Virus record (IMG/VR): IMGVR_UViG_3300049182_000046
Span: 1 to 42,597 of that record
DNA from: a virus
Taxonomy: Duplodnaviria; Caudoviricetes
Length of the DNA: 42,597 nt
Strand: one strand, 5' to 3'
Shown here piece after piece: positions 1 to 9,834 of the stretch. The notes beneath the pieces were generated by a model. That model saw only the letters and a list, made by a program, of their open reading frames with translations. It had not been told where the DNA came from and did not search any database. The position numbers and the translations under genes are program-made. How positions within the stretch are numbered: position 1 is the first letter of the stretch; every line of letters starts with the position of its first letter.

Positions 1-112
1 GGGTATGAACCCGGTGTGTTTTTGTCGCCGTCAAACGACTGGTCTTACCTTTTCCTCGCTCTTGAGCAGTTGACGCTGCCGCAAGTGAGTAGACGATTTT
101 GGTAATTAGAAC

Positions 113-140
113 GGTCCGCCCCATCGCAACGGGGCGGACC
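113..140 (-). terminator. GC-rich hairpin downstream of 165..728 (possible terminator or RNA stabiliser, no U-tract)
   Basis: GGTCCGCCCC-N8-GGGGCGGACC, a perfect 10-bp stem. Confidence 0.5.
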
Positions 141-164
141 AACGCACGTACCGAACCCGACAGG

Positions 165-728
165 TTATTCGGTCGTTGCGTCTTCCGTGACTTCGCCGTC
201 GACTTCGGGGGAAGCTTCGGTGGCGGTTTCGGTCACAGATTCCTGGACTTCGGCGGTTTCGGTTGCCTTGGCCTCAGCAGCCTTGGCAGCAGCGCCGCCC
301 AGAGCCGGCTTCGGCAGATCGATCGCGACTTCTTCGTCATTCAGGCCGACCAGCTTGCCGTTCTTGCGGGCGATGGTGGCGAGCATGTTGCGGAGCGTCA
401 TCTTGGCGCGGCCCTGCGAACCGTGGGCCTTCGAGGCGACGAGTTCTTCGTAGTGCTTGACCTTGGCTTCGTCGATGCCGTTCTTGCGGCAGATCGAGAA
501 GAAAGCCGGGTACTCGAAGCCTTCCTTGCCGGAGCACTGGTTGTCGATGAACTTGGCGAGGTCGTCGTTCTTGGACTTCCAGCCAGCCGGAACGATCGAC
601 TTGGTCGTCTTTTCTTCGGCGGCGGCATCAGCAGCCGGGGCGTCGACAGCGGCAGAGCCGGCTTCGGTTTCGGGGGCAAATGCGATGAGGCTGGCGAGGG
701 CTGCGCCGAGTCCGATGGTCTTGATCAT
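165..728 (-). CDS. hypothetical protein with shared 'QGR-x-(R/K)MT' domain (paralog 1 of 3)
   Basis: 187 aa ORF with AGGAG RBS and its own sigma70 promoter; core resembles the C-termini of 4977..5966 and 10445..11032. Confidence 0.85.
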   Translation of the reverse strand: MIKTIGLGAALASLIAFAPETEAGSAAVDAPAADAAAEEKTTKSIVPAGWKSKNDDLAKFIDNQCSGKEGFEYPAFFSICRKNGIDEAKVKHYEELVASKAHGSQGRAKMTLRNMLATIARKNGKLVGLNDEEVAIDLPKPALGGAAAKAAEAKATETAEVQESVTETATEASPEVDGEVTEDATTE

Positions 729-781
729 GGTCGTATCTCCTGTTTGACGGGCGGGGGTTAGCGGTTGATCCCGATGTCACT

Positions 782-810
782 AATGTATCACAGCGACGGC
801 CCCCTGTCAA
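782..810 (-). promoter_or_regulatory. sigma70-type promoter
   Basis: TTGACA-17bp-TACATT with TG extended -10. Confidence 0.75.
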
Positions 811-833
811 CCTATGTCTGAACACAACTGCAT

Positions 834-3365
834 TCAGAACTTGGTCGGTCGGTTCCCCTTCCAGTTGATCCGTGCCCCGATTTCGGCGTCATTAATACCA
901 AAATCCGCTTCGGGGTCGAAGTCGAAACGTGAGTTCAGTGGCACCCCGATGGCGTCGCTAAACAGCTTGGTGAGGTCGCCCAACTTGTAGCGGAACCTGC
1001 GATAGCGTTTGAAGCCGGACGTCACCGTGTCGACGATACCGATCTGTTCGAACTCGCGCATCACGCGACTGCCCTGAACGGTACGCAGTCCCATTTCCTT
1101 GACCAGTTCGTTGACCCGGTTGTTGAAGTCCGCTTCGAGGAACGGCACTTCGATGGAGAGGTCCTCGTATATGCGGCCCTCTTCGATGATCCGCTTGGCG
1201 ATCATTCTCGGCCACGCCATATTGGCGTTGATGATGCTCGGATCGTTGGAGGAACTGTGCTTGATGGATTCGACCTGCGCCTTCGTGACCTCGCGATCCA
1301 TGAAGAAGCGGACATAGTGCTCGCGGACGTCGCGTCGCGCCATGAAGGTGAAGTAGGAATCGAACCAAGGCTTGAGCGTCTCAGCCCACCCCCGGAACTG
1401 CATTTCCGTCAGTTCCTTGTACTCGTGGTCGTAAGTCTTCGAGTAGAACAGGGCGCGATCCACGACGCCAGTCTGGCCGACGCCGATATCAAACCGGTTG
1501 GACGCGAACATCAGACGGCTGAAAATGCGGTAGTTACGCGCACGGGCGAATTTTTCGGCGCCACCAACGTCGACATTTCGGATCAGCTTCTTGATTTCGT
1601 CGGTCGACGCATCCCCGTTGAACTTGGCCTCGTCGATGAAGACCATGATCTTGTCTACGAAAGGTTCCACCGAAAAACCGCCCTCCATGACCTTCGGGGA
1701 AGCCGACCCCCACAGACGACCGAGCAGCGCCTTGGCAAAGACGTTACCGTAGAACGATTTGCCGACACCCTGACCGCCGACGAGGACGGGGGCGATCTGC
1801 TGCTTTTTGCCGGGGTGCTGGAATACCCACGCCCACCAGTCTTTGTGCCATTCCACCTGCTCCCTGCGGTCCTGCGTGAGGTACATCAGTAGGGTGTCCA
1901 GCCGCTCCTCACATTCCCGCATGAGGGCCGGGTTGACCTCCTCAGCGGGCTTGATTGGCCAACCACGCCACGTGTTGAAGATGACAGCCGCGTCGTCTTC
2001 GTCAATGTTGTCGTCCTCGACGATTTCGTCTGAGTTGTTGATGCGGTAGATTGCGCCGGGGATCAGGTCGGGGTGAAGGTCGCGCCTGTCCACGCGTTTG
2101 CGCATGTCGGATGATTCGAACACGCCGAAGGCTTCGCGGGGTTTGCCGCCGATCTTTACGATATCACCCTTGTGACGTGTCTTCAACTCTTCCGTGATGT
2201 GGGTAAACGGACCATCCTGCAGGTGACGCTTGCGGTCGATGTAGGTGTTGTCCGTCTCGTCGTACACGTAACGCTCGGCCAGCACGTTGAGGATGGAGAC
2301 GTCGGAGCCGGGGGTGAACACGGCGCGAAGCGCATTGACGCGCTCCATACCAAACATCGTTTCCATCGCGGGCCAGCCGGGAATCTTCGCGTCGGGGTTG
2401 CGCTCCAGCTTGGCCAGCGCGTCGTAGTAGGTACGAATGCGCATGTGCGGCTCTTCGTCCTGCTGATAATCGCAGACGAAATGAAGCATGGACTCGACGA
2501 TGCTGTCATCATCAACGGGGCAGAACACGTCGGAGGCGATCACCTCGTGATTGTTCATGGCCTGACTGTCGCGGACTACACGAGCCAGCCAGCCGCAAAC
2601 CTTCGTAGCAGTAAGCTGGCGTTCGCCTTCCACCCAGTGGTCTTTGATGATGTAAAGAAAGGTTGCGAAGGTGATGGCCCGTACGAGCGTATTGAAATTG
2701 ACGCGACGGGGCGTAGTCGCAGCGATCTGCGTAACTTCTGAAGCGATCCCTTTCGGCGTATACCAGACGGAAATGTCATACTCGTTCGCTTTCGACTTGT
2801 GGCTGTAGATTGACCCCGGCATAACGGTCTGCTGAGCGGTCTTCGCCACGTTGTCTTTGGAAATGTTGGTGGAGTAGGAGCGCAGCTGCGTCTTGTAGCG
2901 CTTGCCGTTGATTCGGAACTCCTTGGGTTCGAACTTCTTGAGCGTCTCGAAATTAGCGCTCTCTTCCTCACCAAGTTGCACGAGAACGTGCGTTGGGTAG
3001 CCCACCGAAAGTCGACCGAAGCGGAACCGCGTGTCAACGCCTAGGTGGTCCAACGCAGCGATGAGGCACTTGTTGTACTCGGGGTCATCGACGTCAATGT
3101 CGATATCGGTCCAGCCCTGTTGCAGGTTGAAGCCGGTGTTGTGAAACTTGAACTCGGGGTTGTCGATCCAGTCCTGCAGATTGGTGTCGCGGTGGTTCGA
3201 CTTGTGCCAGTCGTCCGCGATGGGCATCTTGCCGCTCATCTTGAGGAAGACGGCCCCGACCTGAATGAACCGGTCGTTTACATGCTTTGTAATTGCGCGC
3301 TGCCTATTGAGAAGTGCAGCGTCGTCGTCGCGGATATCGAATCCGCCCTTAACAGTGTCGTACAT
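834..3365 (-). CDS. primase-helicase (N-terminal Prim-Pol-like domain, C-terminal SF3/DUF5906-like helicase)
   Basis: 843 aa; N-terminal 'DIDID' acidic motif; Walker A GGQGVGKS, Walker B VFIDEA, motif C FASN. Confidence 0.85.
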   Translation of the reverse strand: MYDTVKGGFDIRDDDAALLNRQRAITKHVNDRFIQVGAVFLKMSGKMPIADDWHKSNHRDTNLQDWIDNPEFKFHNTGFNLQQGWTDIDIDVDDPEYNKCLIAALDHLGVDTRFRFGRLSVGYPTHVLVQLGEEESANFETLKKFEPKEFRINGKRYKTQLRSYSTNISKDNVAKTAQQTVMPGSIYSHKSKANEYDISVWYTPKGIASEVTQIAATTPRRVNFNTLVRAITFATFLYIIKDHWVEGERQLTATKVCGWLARVVRDSQAMNNHEVIASDVFCPVDDDSIVESMLHFVCDYQQDEEPHMRIRTYYDALAKLERNPDAKIPGWPAMETMFGMERVNALRAVFTPGSDVSILNVLAERYVYDETDNTYIDRKRHLQDGPFTHITEELKTRHKGDIVKIGGKPREAFGVFESSDMRKRVDRRDLHPDLIPGAIYRINNSDEIVEDDNIDEDDAAVIFNTWRGWPIKPAEEVNPALMRECEERLDTLLMYLTQDRREQVEWHKDWWAWVFQHPGKKQQIAPVLVGGQGVGKSFYGNVFAKALLGRLWGSASPKVMEGGFSVEPFVDKIMVFIDEAKFNGDASTDEIKKLIRNVDVGGAEKFARARNYRIFSRLMFASNRFDIGVGQTGVVDRALFYSKTYDHEYKELTEMQFRGWAETLKPWFDSYFTFMARRDVREHYVRFFMDREVTKAQVESIKHSSSNDPSIINANMAWPRMIAKRIIEEGRIYEDLSIEVPFLEADFNNRVNELVKEMGLRTVQGSRVMREFEQIGIVDTVTSGFKRYRRFRYKLGDLTKLFSDAIGVPLNSRFDFDPEADFGINDAEIGARINWKGNRPTKF

Positions 3366-3451
3366 TGATCACCCCATGTTAGTCCCGAAGAGCGCTGGTG
3401 GGGGTCTGGCCGGACCTTGTTCCCACCAGCTGTCTCACGGGGGCAGTCTAA

Positions 3452-3480
3452 AGTATACCACGCCGGGGCGGCGGAGTCAA
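3452..3480 (-). promoter_or_regulatory. sigma70-type promoter for the primase-helicase
   Basis: TTGACT-17bp-TATACT with GCGTGG before the -10. Confidence 0.8.
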
Positions 3481-3806
3481 TCCCTAGGGAACGTACAAGA
3501 AACGCGGATTGCGTTATCGAGGTTGTAAAGGGTAACCTCGCCGCCCATAGCACCCTTGATCATTATCGCCGACGCAGAAGCAATGAACTGGGCATCGACG
3601 TCAGGAGAAGTGCCGGGGTGGTTGATGATTTCCAACAGCCGAGGGTTGTCGTAGCGCTCCGTGTCCCAATGCATCTTGCCCTCGCGGGTGACAGACCTAT
3701 GGGGAATGTCGATCCAGAAGATACTAGAGGCGGGGAAGCCAACTTCGTACTGACTTTCGTCGGTTCCCCAACGGATAGTAACTCGATAATCTTCAAGCTT
3801 TTTCAT
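3477..3806 (-). CDS. hypothetical protein
   Basis: 109 aa, GAGGTGA RBS, in operon orientation. Confidence 0.7.
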   Translation of the reverse strand: MKKLEDYRVTIRWGTDESQYEVGFPASSIFWIDIPHRSVTREGKMHWDTERYDNPRLLEIINHPGTSPDVDAQFIASASAIMIKGAMGGEVTLYNLDNAIRVSCTFPRD

Positions 3807-3809
3807 GCG

Positions 3810-3893
3810 TCACCTCGGTGAGTCGTAGAAGTCTTTTTCGCCGTAACCGTCGTCGCCTCGAAAGCGACGCCACATCTTGATAAGCCACTTCAT
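3810..3893 (-). CDS. small hypothetical protein (27 aa)
   Basis: MKWLIKMWRRFRG...; fits a gap in the operon. Confidence 0.35.
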   Translation of the reverse strand: MKWLIKMWRRFRGDDGYGEKDFYDSPR

Positions 3894-3975
3894 GTGTACG
3901 CCCTGTGTGCTGGTGGTGGTGCGGGGTGCTAGTAGCGGCCACCCCGCGTAGCCGCGCCGCGTACCGTGCGCCGCC

Positions 3976-4407
3976 CTAGTGCGTACCGCCAGCCGGGGGC
4001 CAGCCACCACCGGGGGTGCCAGCCAGCGGCGGCTGATTGGGCTGCGACAGTTCAAAGGCCACGCCGAAATTGGCGGTCACGGTTCCCAAAAACGCAGTGG
4101 TGAAATCCGTGATGAAGTCCTGGGTTGCCGTGTGCACGATGGTGGTGTTACCACGGGGAATGGTGCGCACCATCAACTCGGAACACATAGTGACGATCGT
4201 GGACACCACCGCCTCGTTGGCCTGTACCGGATCGACCTCCTTGACTTCGCACTCGTTGAGCACGTGGACGAAGGGGCGGATTACCCGGTCCAGCATGTTC
4301 TGCTCGATGCGTGGGCGACCCTTTTGCTTCATATCCTTCAGAAGCTTGTTGATGATATCGTTGGAGCGCTGATTGCGCTTCGTGATTCGCGCGTCAAATT
4401 CGGTCAT
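3976..4407 (-). CDS. hypothetical protein
   Basis: ATG at 4407 with GAGGA RBS (MTEFDARITK...). Confidence 0.75.
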   Translation of the reverse strand: MTEFDARITKRNQRSNDIINKLLKDMKQKGRPRIEQNMLDRVIRPFVHVLNECEVKEVDPVQANEAVVSTIVTMCSELMVRTIPRGNTTIVHTATQDFITDFTTAFLGTVTANFGVAFELSQPNQPPLAGTPGGGWPPAGGTH

Positions 4408-4485
4408 TGGGTCCTCGCCACAATTTATATGAAACGACCGTCGCGACGAGAACCACCGCGACGGCAAGGAGTAGGAGCGCGATAC

Positions 4486-4977
4486 TCACCGGTATTCGGT
4501 GACGCGGATCGGCGGGCGGGGTTCTTCACCTTCGATGAGGCAGACAGTCTGGAGTACTAGCCACTTGTCACCCGCGCCGATAACCTTGGCGATGTCAACA
4601 CGGACTTCATGTTGACTGTTGCGCCATTGGGTGTACTCACGATCACCACCGTAAGCTATGTCACCATCCTCAGTCGCCCTAGCGCCGATGTATTTCGTGC
4701 GTTCGTATCCGGCCATTTTTCTGTTTTCCTGTTCCACGAAGTTGTAAGGGGTGTACCTGCTGAAATCACCCTTGACGGGATTCCATACCACAAGCACGTA
4801 GTAGCCGTTTTCGTCTATTTCGACGGCGTGGACTTTGCGCCACTCACCCGATGGCCAGCGATGCTGAGCGCCCGAGTAGTTGTAGCGGCTCGGGGAGGGG
4901 CTAATCCAATCCCCCGCCCTGATTGGTGGTGGCCCCTTGTGCATGGGCCACCTGTTCTTGGTGCTACGGCGAGACAT
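4486..4977 (-). CDS. hypothetical protein
   Basis: Start overlaps the stop of the upstream gene (TGATG); MSRRSTKNRW... Confidence 0.7.
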   Translation of the reverse strand: MSRRSTKNRWPMHKGPPPIRAGDWISPSPSRYNYSGAQHRWPSGEWRKVHAVEIDENGYYVLVVWNPVKGDFSRYTPYNFVEQENRKMAGYERTKYIGARATEDGDIAYGGDREYTQWRNSQHEVRVDIAKVIGAGDKWLVLQTVCLIEGEEPRPPIRVTEYR

Positions 4978-5966
4978 CACTTGGCCTCGGGCTTGGAGAA
5001 CCGCTGCGCCGAAAGCCAGTCGGCGGGGGCCTCGATTTCCATCGTACCGCCGCGATCGGGTTCCGGAACGATGATCTTGCGGTTCTGGTACACCTTCTTG
5101 GCGAGCAGGTTGCGGCCAGTCATTCGGATACGGCCCTGCCAGCCCACGCCCTCGCGCTTGTACTTGCTGGTGTCCACGCCGTTCATCGAGCAGATGTTCT
5201 CGAACGTGATCAGGTCGGTGTGCTTTTCGCCGACGCAGTAGTTGTTGAGCAACTCGGCCAGCCAATCGCCGCAGTGGTTCGGGTGCCCTTCTTCCTTGTA
5301 CTTGGTGCGGTACTTGGACTTCACGACCGAGCCGCCGCCTTCGGTGTTATCTTCCTCAGCGCTATCAGCAGCAGCGTCCCACTCATCATTCCAGTCGAGG
5401 AACCGCTGGTATTCTTCGTCGTCCTCGCCCTCGCTGCTGAATGGGCAGTCTGCAGCGGTGATGCCCTCACGGTAGGCGATAGCGCCGTCCAGAGGCACGC
5501 CGTGTTCGTTGCGCTTGACCACCGGGGTGTCGTCGACCACCGGCTTCGGCTCGGGGTCCTCCTCGAATGGCGTGTCCTTGCTCAGGGTGTCCTCGATATT
5601 GTCGACCACCTCGACGGTGACAGTCGGCATCGTGTCGTCGGACTGGCCCTCCCACTCGATCTTGTTGCCCTTGAGGTCTGCGAGGAGGCCGAAAGGCGTG
5701 GCTGTCTGCTTGCTCAGATCGCCGCTGCTGTGTTCCAGCTGGCCGTTGATCGAGCCTTCGACGGGCACGAACTTGATGTCGCCTTCGGTGTATTCCTTGA
5801 TTTCGACTGCTGCGAGGACCTGCTTGATCGCGTCCTTACCTGACACGCCGTAAGCCAGAACAGCCTTCGACGGGATGAATGCGCGAACGATCGAGCCGTC
5901 AACCGACAGGACGATGCCCTGCTTTTCGGCGGCTTTGATCGTGGAGTGGTGGATGCTGGTGGCCAT
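4977..5966 (-). CDS. hypothetical protein with RMF-like motif and shared 'WQGR-x-RMT' domain (paralog 2 of 3)
   Basis: GGAGAG RBS and own promoter; AYREG..DCPF..W..EW motif; C-terminus similar to 10445..11032. Confidence 0.85.
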   Translation of the reverse strand: MATSIHHSTIKAAEKQGIVLSVDGSIVRAFIPSKAVLAYGVSGKDAIKQVLAAVEIKEYTEGDIKFVPVEGSINGQLEHSSGDLSKQTATPFGLLADLKGNKIEWEGQSDDTMPTVTVEVVDNIEDTLSKDTPFEEDPEPKPVVDDTPVVKRNEHGVPLDGAIAYREGITAADCPFSSEGEDDEEYQRFLDWNDEWDAAADSAEEDNTEGGGSVVKSKYRTKYKEEGHPNHCGDWLAELLNNYCVGEKHTDLITFENICSMNGVDTSKYKREGVGWQGRIRMTGRNLLAKKVYQNRKIIVPEPDRGGTMEIEAPADWLSAQRFSKPEAK

Positions 5967-6016
5967 GTTGCTCTCCGTGAGTTGTGGGGCGAGCCAATCT
6001 CGCCCCATCTGTGTTC

Positions 6017-6045
6017 AGTATACCACGCCCGAACTGGCGTGTCAA
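6017..6045 (-). promoter_or_regulatory. sigma70-type promoter
   Basis: TTGACA-17bp-TATACT with GCGTGG extended -10. Confidence 0.8.
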
Positions 6046-6608
6046 TTAGGCTTCCGCCCACCGCCCCGCTTGAAGGCTTCGAGGATAAGCGCCATGGCCT
6101 CGTTGCTCGACGTGCCTTGCCCGGCGTCGCCCTCGAACGTGACGCCGTGGTTGCGCAGCGTCTCTTTCGGAGGTGTCGAGTGGAACAGACCGGCGTATTC
6201 TTGATTGCCCAATTCTTCACAAACGAAGCTGCCGCGACGCTTGGCAGCTTCCGGATTGTCGTAGTAGTAGGCGAGGAAGCGTCGGTGGAACTGCTTTACG
6301 GTTTCGTCCCACTCGTCGAGTGCGACGTCCATAGCGAGGTCGCGGGGCTTTGCACCGGTCAGCTGGCAAGCCAGCGCCAATTCAGGCTCGTCCTTGAGCA
6401 GTAGCGCCGATCTGCCGAGGAAGAGGTCCTTGACGAGCGCCTCGAAGTGGTTGGACACTGCTTGCAGCATCACGGCGCAGTTGACGTTGCCCTTCTGGTT
6501 GGGGTACGCGTGGATTGCGCGGGATACGAGGTCGAGCGCGATGCGCTGCGCGTCGTCCTGAGTACCGCAGCCGCAAAGCTCGTTGCAGGTGTGCTTGTCG
6601 TACTTCAT
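6042..6608 (-). CDS. hypothetical protein
   Basis: AGGAG RBS before MKYDKHTCNELCGCG. Confidence 0.75.
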   Translation of the reverse strand: MKYDKHTCNELCGCGTQDDAQRIALDLVSRAIHAYPNQKGNVNCAVMLQAVSNHFEALVKDLFLGRSALLLKDEPELALACQLTGAKPRDLAMDVALDEWDETVKQFHRRFLAYYYDNPEAAKRRGSFVCEELGNQEYAGLFHSTPPKETLRNHGVTFEGDAGQGTSSNEAMALILEAFKRGGGRKPN

Positions 6609-6642
6609 GCCTGTCTCCTGTGTTGGTGGCAGTTCGATCCTA

Positions 6643-6876
6643 TCACGCTGCCGGTGGGTTGTCAATATCGCTTACGATCGGGGCGGGTCCTTGTCTGTTG
6701 AACCCACGAGCGAGAAGCTCAGCCCGCATCGAAGCGATGGCGCGGGTTTCGCCGTACACCTTAGCAAACAGCTGGTATCGCTCGGTGCTGTCGCCGGTCT
6801 TGAGCAAAAGGTGGGATTCCCACCCCTGCGTGGTTTCCTTAATCATCGGGGCGACGATCAGATTTCCGTCATGCAT
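6643..6876 (-). CDS. hypothetical protein
   Basis: MHDGNLIVAP...; AAGG RBS, operon context. Confidence 0.6.
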   Translation of the reverse strand: MHDGNLIVAPMIKETTQGWESHLLLKTGDSTERYQLFAKVYGETRAIASMRAELLARGFNRQGPAPIVSDIDNPPAA

Positions 6877-7139
6877 GATTTCTTTACCTTCTTGAGGTGG
6901 TTCAGCCCCCGCTGCCAGTCGCCCGCGTCGACAGGGTGCCAGTAGCACGACAGCAGCGGAATGCGTACGCGGTAGGTGCGACCATCAGGCTCGACCACCA
7001 CGCCTTTTCGGTTTATATCCAACTCGGGCGCGAGGAAATCAGCGAAAGTCGCTGCCTCCTGCTTCTTGGCCCAGACGCCGCGCACGTGGTCGAAGGATTT
7101 GATGTACTCGTCGATCATCGTGGCCTCATCCACCACCAT
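6858..7139 (-). CDS. hypothetical protein
   Basis: 93 aa ORF in the operon; start could be 7118. Confidence 0.6.
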   Translation of the reverse strand: MVVDEATMIDEYIKSFDHVRGVWAKKQEAATFADFLAPELDINRKGVVVEPDGRTYRVRIPLLSCYWHPVDAGDWQRGLNHLKKVKKSCMTEI

Positions 7140-7348
7140 GGGCGCTTCGCGGCCTGAATTTCCCCGATAGCCTCGGGGCCATTATCCATGAAAGCCAGCA
7201 CGGTGATGGCCGACTCCATGTCGAGGGTCACCGTTGCCTCGCGGTTGTGTTGGTCGGTGAAACGGAAACTGACTGCGGCGAATGCCTGACTCCGGGCAAC
7301 TTCGATCGGCGTGTCCAGCTGTTGTACTACGTTTACCGTGTTTTTCAT
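7115..7348 (-). CDS. hypothetical protein
   Basis: ATGA overlap with the upstream gene; MKNTVNVV... Confidence 0.6.
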   Translation of the reverse strand: MKNTVNVVQQLDTPIEVARSQAFAAVSFRFTDQHNREATVTLDMESAITVLAFMDNGPEAIGEIQAAKRPWWWMRPR

Positions 7349-7560
7349 ACGACCACCTGCAAGAAAGCGATGGCGCCGCAGACGAAGATGGTGAGCGACG
7401 CACACTCGATGATTTCACGGAAAGTCACGCCGAAGGCGATGTTGCGGTCGTACCACTTCACCGGTTCCTTGATCCGCATGTTGAACTTCGACATGAAGTT
7501 GTAGGGCTTGCCCGTGATGCGGGTGTATTCCTCGGGCGTTACTGGTTCTCTGGGCTGCAT
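7345..7560 (-). CDS. small protein with C-terminal hydrophobic helix
   Basis: AGGAGG RBS; C-terminal ASLTIFVCGAIAFLQVVV. Confidence 0.7.
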   Translation of the reverse strand: MQPREPVTPEEYTRITGKPYNFMSKFNMRIKEPVKWYDRNIAFGVTFREIIECASLTIFVCGAIAFLQVVV

Positions 7561-7585
7561 TGGTCTACCTCCTGATTGATGTCCC

Positions 7586-7614
7586 ATTGTACCACATTGC
7601 GACGCTGTCAGCAA
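7586..7614 (-). promoter_or_regulatory. sigma70-type promoter
   Basis: TTGCTG-17bp-TACAAT with TG extension. Confidence 0.55.
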
Positions 7615-8252
7615 TGGGCTTTCGCGTGGTTGAGCGCACGAGACGACGTCAGGTGCGACTCGGCTTCCGGGTCACCTTGCCAGCGCTCCGGGGTGTCGGA
7701 GTCCATGTCGCGCCAGTACCATCCAGCCGGGTGCTCGAATGGCCCGTTGTCGTCCTCGGCAGTGTTGGCCTCCAGCCACGCCACCTCGATACGGTGCGAA
7801 TAGTCGTGGTGAGGAAGCTTCACATTGTTGATGCCTGAGTTGGTGCTGGCCCGCTTGTTCGGGTGGTTGGCACGAGAAGATGCGGATTCGTCATATTCCT
7901 TGAAGCGCTTTTCGCCGACCTCGGGCTTGACTACGCTTTCCCGCACTCGGGCAGCGATGGCCTCGGTCACATAAGTCGCGATGAAATCCGCGTTTCCGAG
8001 GCGGGCCAGTTCTTCACGAACGTCGTGGTACTTGCTGGACCCCGAATCAACGATCTTGTTGATCGTACGACGGTTGACATCGAAAGTAGCAGCCAGTTGG
8101 GGTACGGAGACGCCGCTGATGCGAAGCGCAAGGATGGCGCACCTTTCGTCGCGGTTCAGCTTCGCCACGAACTTGTTGCCCACGAAGACCGTGTCGGGCA
8201 GGGAGTTGAGCGGGTGATCCGCCGGGTGTTGGGGGAAACGCAGGTCTTCCAT
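7608..8252 (-). CDS. helix-turn-helix DNA-binding protein
   Basis: LNRDERCAILALRISGVSVPQLAATFDVNRRTINKI is an HTH-like pattern; GGAG RBS. Confidence 0.75.
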   Translation of the reverse strand: MEDLRFPQHPADHPLNSLPDTVFVGNKFVAKLNRDERCAILALRISGVSVPQLAATFDVNRRTINKIVDSGSSKYHDVREELARLGNADFIATYVTEAIAARVRESVVKPEVGEKRFKEYDESASSRANHPNKRASTNSGINNVKLPHHDYSHRIEVAWLEANTAEDDNGPFEHPAGWYWRDMDSDTPERWQGDPEAESHLTSSRALNHAKAHC

Positions 8253-8253
8253 A

Positions 8254-8592
8254 TCAAAGCTCCGTGTAAGATGACAGCATGCGGGATCGGCCATGGTAGC
8301 CGTAAACTGCGCCAGTCAGCCCGCTTCGTTGCGCGGGCTTCGGCTTTTCGGGTGCAGAGCGGGTCCATTCCTGCGAAGCGTAGTAGTCTTTCTCCCAATT
8401 GAACGGGGTGGGCGGCAAGGGTATGCCACGACGTTCGTAGACCTTGCGCACTGCTTGCAGCTGATATTCAGGGTACGTGCGATGGACGATGGCCAGCACC
8501 TCCCCGGCATGGAAACCGGGGTTGGCTAGGATCACTTCTGCGCAGTGCTTGGCTGCGGGGCTGTTGCGACCGGGGCCTTTCTTCTCAGTCAT
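8254..8592 (-). CDS. hypothetical protein
   Basis: 112 aa, GGAGG RBS. Confidence 0.7.
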   Translation of the reverse strand: MTEKKGPGRNSPAAKHCAEVILANPGFHAGEVLAIVHRTYPEYQLQAVRKVYERRGIPLPPTPFNWEKDYYASQEWTRSAPEKPKPAQRSGLTGAVYGYHGRSRMLSSYTEL

Positions 8593-8755
8593 GCTGCTTC
8601 ATCCTCCAGTGGTAGCACCATTCGGGCTTGATGGCCGCGACGGCGTAAACGGTGTTCGCGTACCCCACGGGATCGGTGCAGTCCTGCTCCACGGCGATCC
8701 GCATCAGGGTGATGTAGTAGGCGATGCGCTCTGAGAGAGTCATGCCGTCCATCAT
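8585..8755 (-). CDS. small hypothetical protein (56 aa, not in the ORF track)
   Basis: ATGA overlap with the DUF2786 gene stop; MMDGMTLSERIAYYITLMRIAVEQDC... Confidence 0.6.
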   Translation of the reverse strand: MMDGMTLSERIAYYITLMRIAVEQDCTDPVGYANTVYAVAAIKPEWCYHWRMKQHD

Positions 8756-9753
8756 CGGATCGCCCCCTTCTTGGCTGCGTCGACCTGCGTGTCAAGGCCG
8801 ATCTTCGCACCGTCGTTGTAGCCCTCGCGGAATTCGCGCATTTGGGCGCGCTGCTCTTCCGGGGTGAGGGCGCGTGACCGCTCGCGACCGGAACCACGTG
8901 CTTCGCGGCGAGCTTGCTTCTTGAGGTAGGATTCGTACCACTTCTCGTTCTCTTCCTTGATACGCGCCTGTTTTTCCTCGAACTCGGCCTTGTACGCGGG
9001 GTCGTTCTGTAGCTTTTCCTCGTGGATGCGCTGCTTTTCGGCCTGTTCAGCGTACCATGCCGCCTCGCGGGCTTTTTGCGCTGCGCGTCTTGCCGCCGTG
9101 GTGCCCGGTTCCCAGCCGTTGACGTAGTCGTTGTTGAGGGCGTCTTCGTCCTCCATGATGTCCACGATCGTGAGGGCGGTGCCCGACGAGGCATATGCGG
9201 GGTGTTGTGCGCGGGCGGCTTCCTCAGCGGCCTTCTGCTTGGCCTCGGCGATGCGCTGTTCGCGCAGCTGCGAAAGGCGGAGGGCGATACGTTCTGCCAG
9301 TCCTTCGCGATAGGCGATCGCCTCCCGTACGAAGACCGACTTGTAGCCCTGCTCTTTCGCCCATGTCTGCGCCATCTTCTCGATTGCGCCCTGCAGGTAC
9401 TCGGCCATCAGTTCGGTACTGACCACGTTGGCGTGGGAACCGACGATGCGGTGTTCGTACGTGGGGCCGCGAGCCAGCCCCTTGATCGACCAATAGTGGC
9501 AGAAGTTCAGCTTGGCCACGTTCTCCCAGAGCTTGCGCTGCCAACCGTACAGACCGCCTTTCTGCTTTTGGTCCTTGCGCGGGCGTCCTTGCGCCGTGTG
9601 GCCGATCGCGGCGACGTCCAGATTGTGTTGCTCCAGCATTTCCTGCGCCTTGGCGGCGGCAGACTGTGCCTCGGCTTCGTTCGGGTTGTTGTTGGCGAGG
9701 GCGAGCAGCTTTTTTATGCGCTCGATGATCTTCTCGGAGACTTCGTGTGCCAT
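8752..9753 (-). CDS. DUF2786-domain protein
   Basis: N-terminal IIERIKKLLALANNNPNEAEAQSAAAKAQEMLEQHNL is typical of DUF2786; GAGGA RBS. Confidence 0.8.
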   Translation of the reverse strand: MAHEVSEKIIERIKKLLALANNNPNEAEAQSAAAKAQEMLEQHNLDVAAIGHTAQGRPRKDQKQKGGLYGWQRKLWENVAKLNFCHYWSIKGLARGPTYEHRIVGSHANVVSTELMAEYLQGAIEKMAQTWAKEQGYKSVFVREAIAYREGLAERIALRLSQLREQRIAEAKQKAAEEAARAQHPAYASSGTALTIVDIMEDEDALNNDYVNGWEPGTTAARRAAQKAREAAWYAEQAEKQRIHEEKLQNDPAYKAEFEEKQARIKEENEKWYESYLKKQARREARGSGRERSRALTPEEQRAQMREFREGYNDGAKIGLDTQVDAAKKGAIR

Positions 9754-9793
9754 TGGTTCTGTCCTCTCAGTGGCGTTGGTGTGTCGATGCCCC

Positions 9794-9822
9794 ACTGTAC
9801 CATAGCGGGGACACCGTGTCAA
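9794..9822 (-). promoter_or_regulatory. sigma70-type promoter
   Basis: TTGACA-17bp-TACAGT with TG extension. Confidence 0.7.
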
Positions 9823-9834
9823 GTGGGCTTCGAA

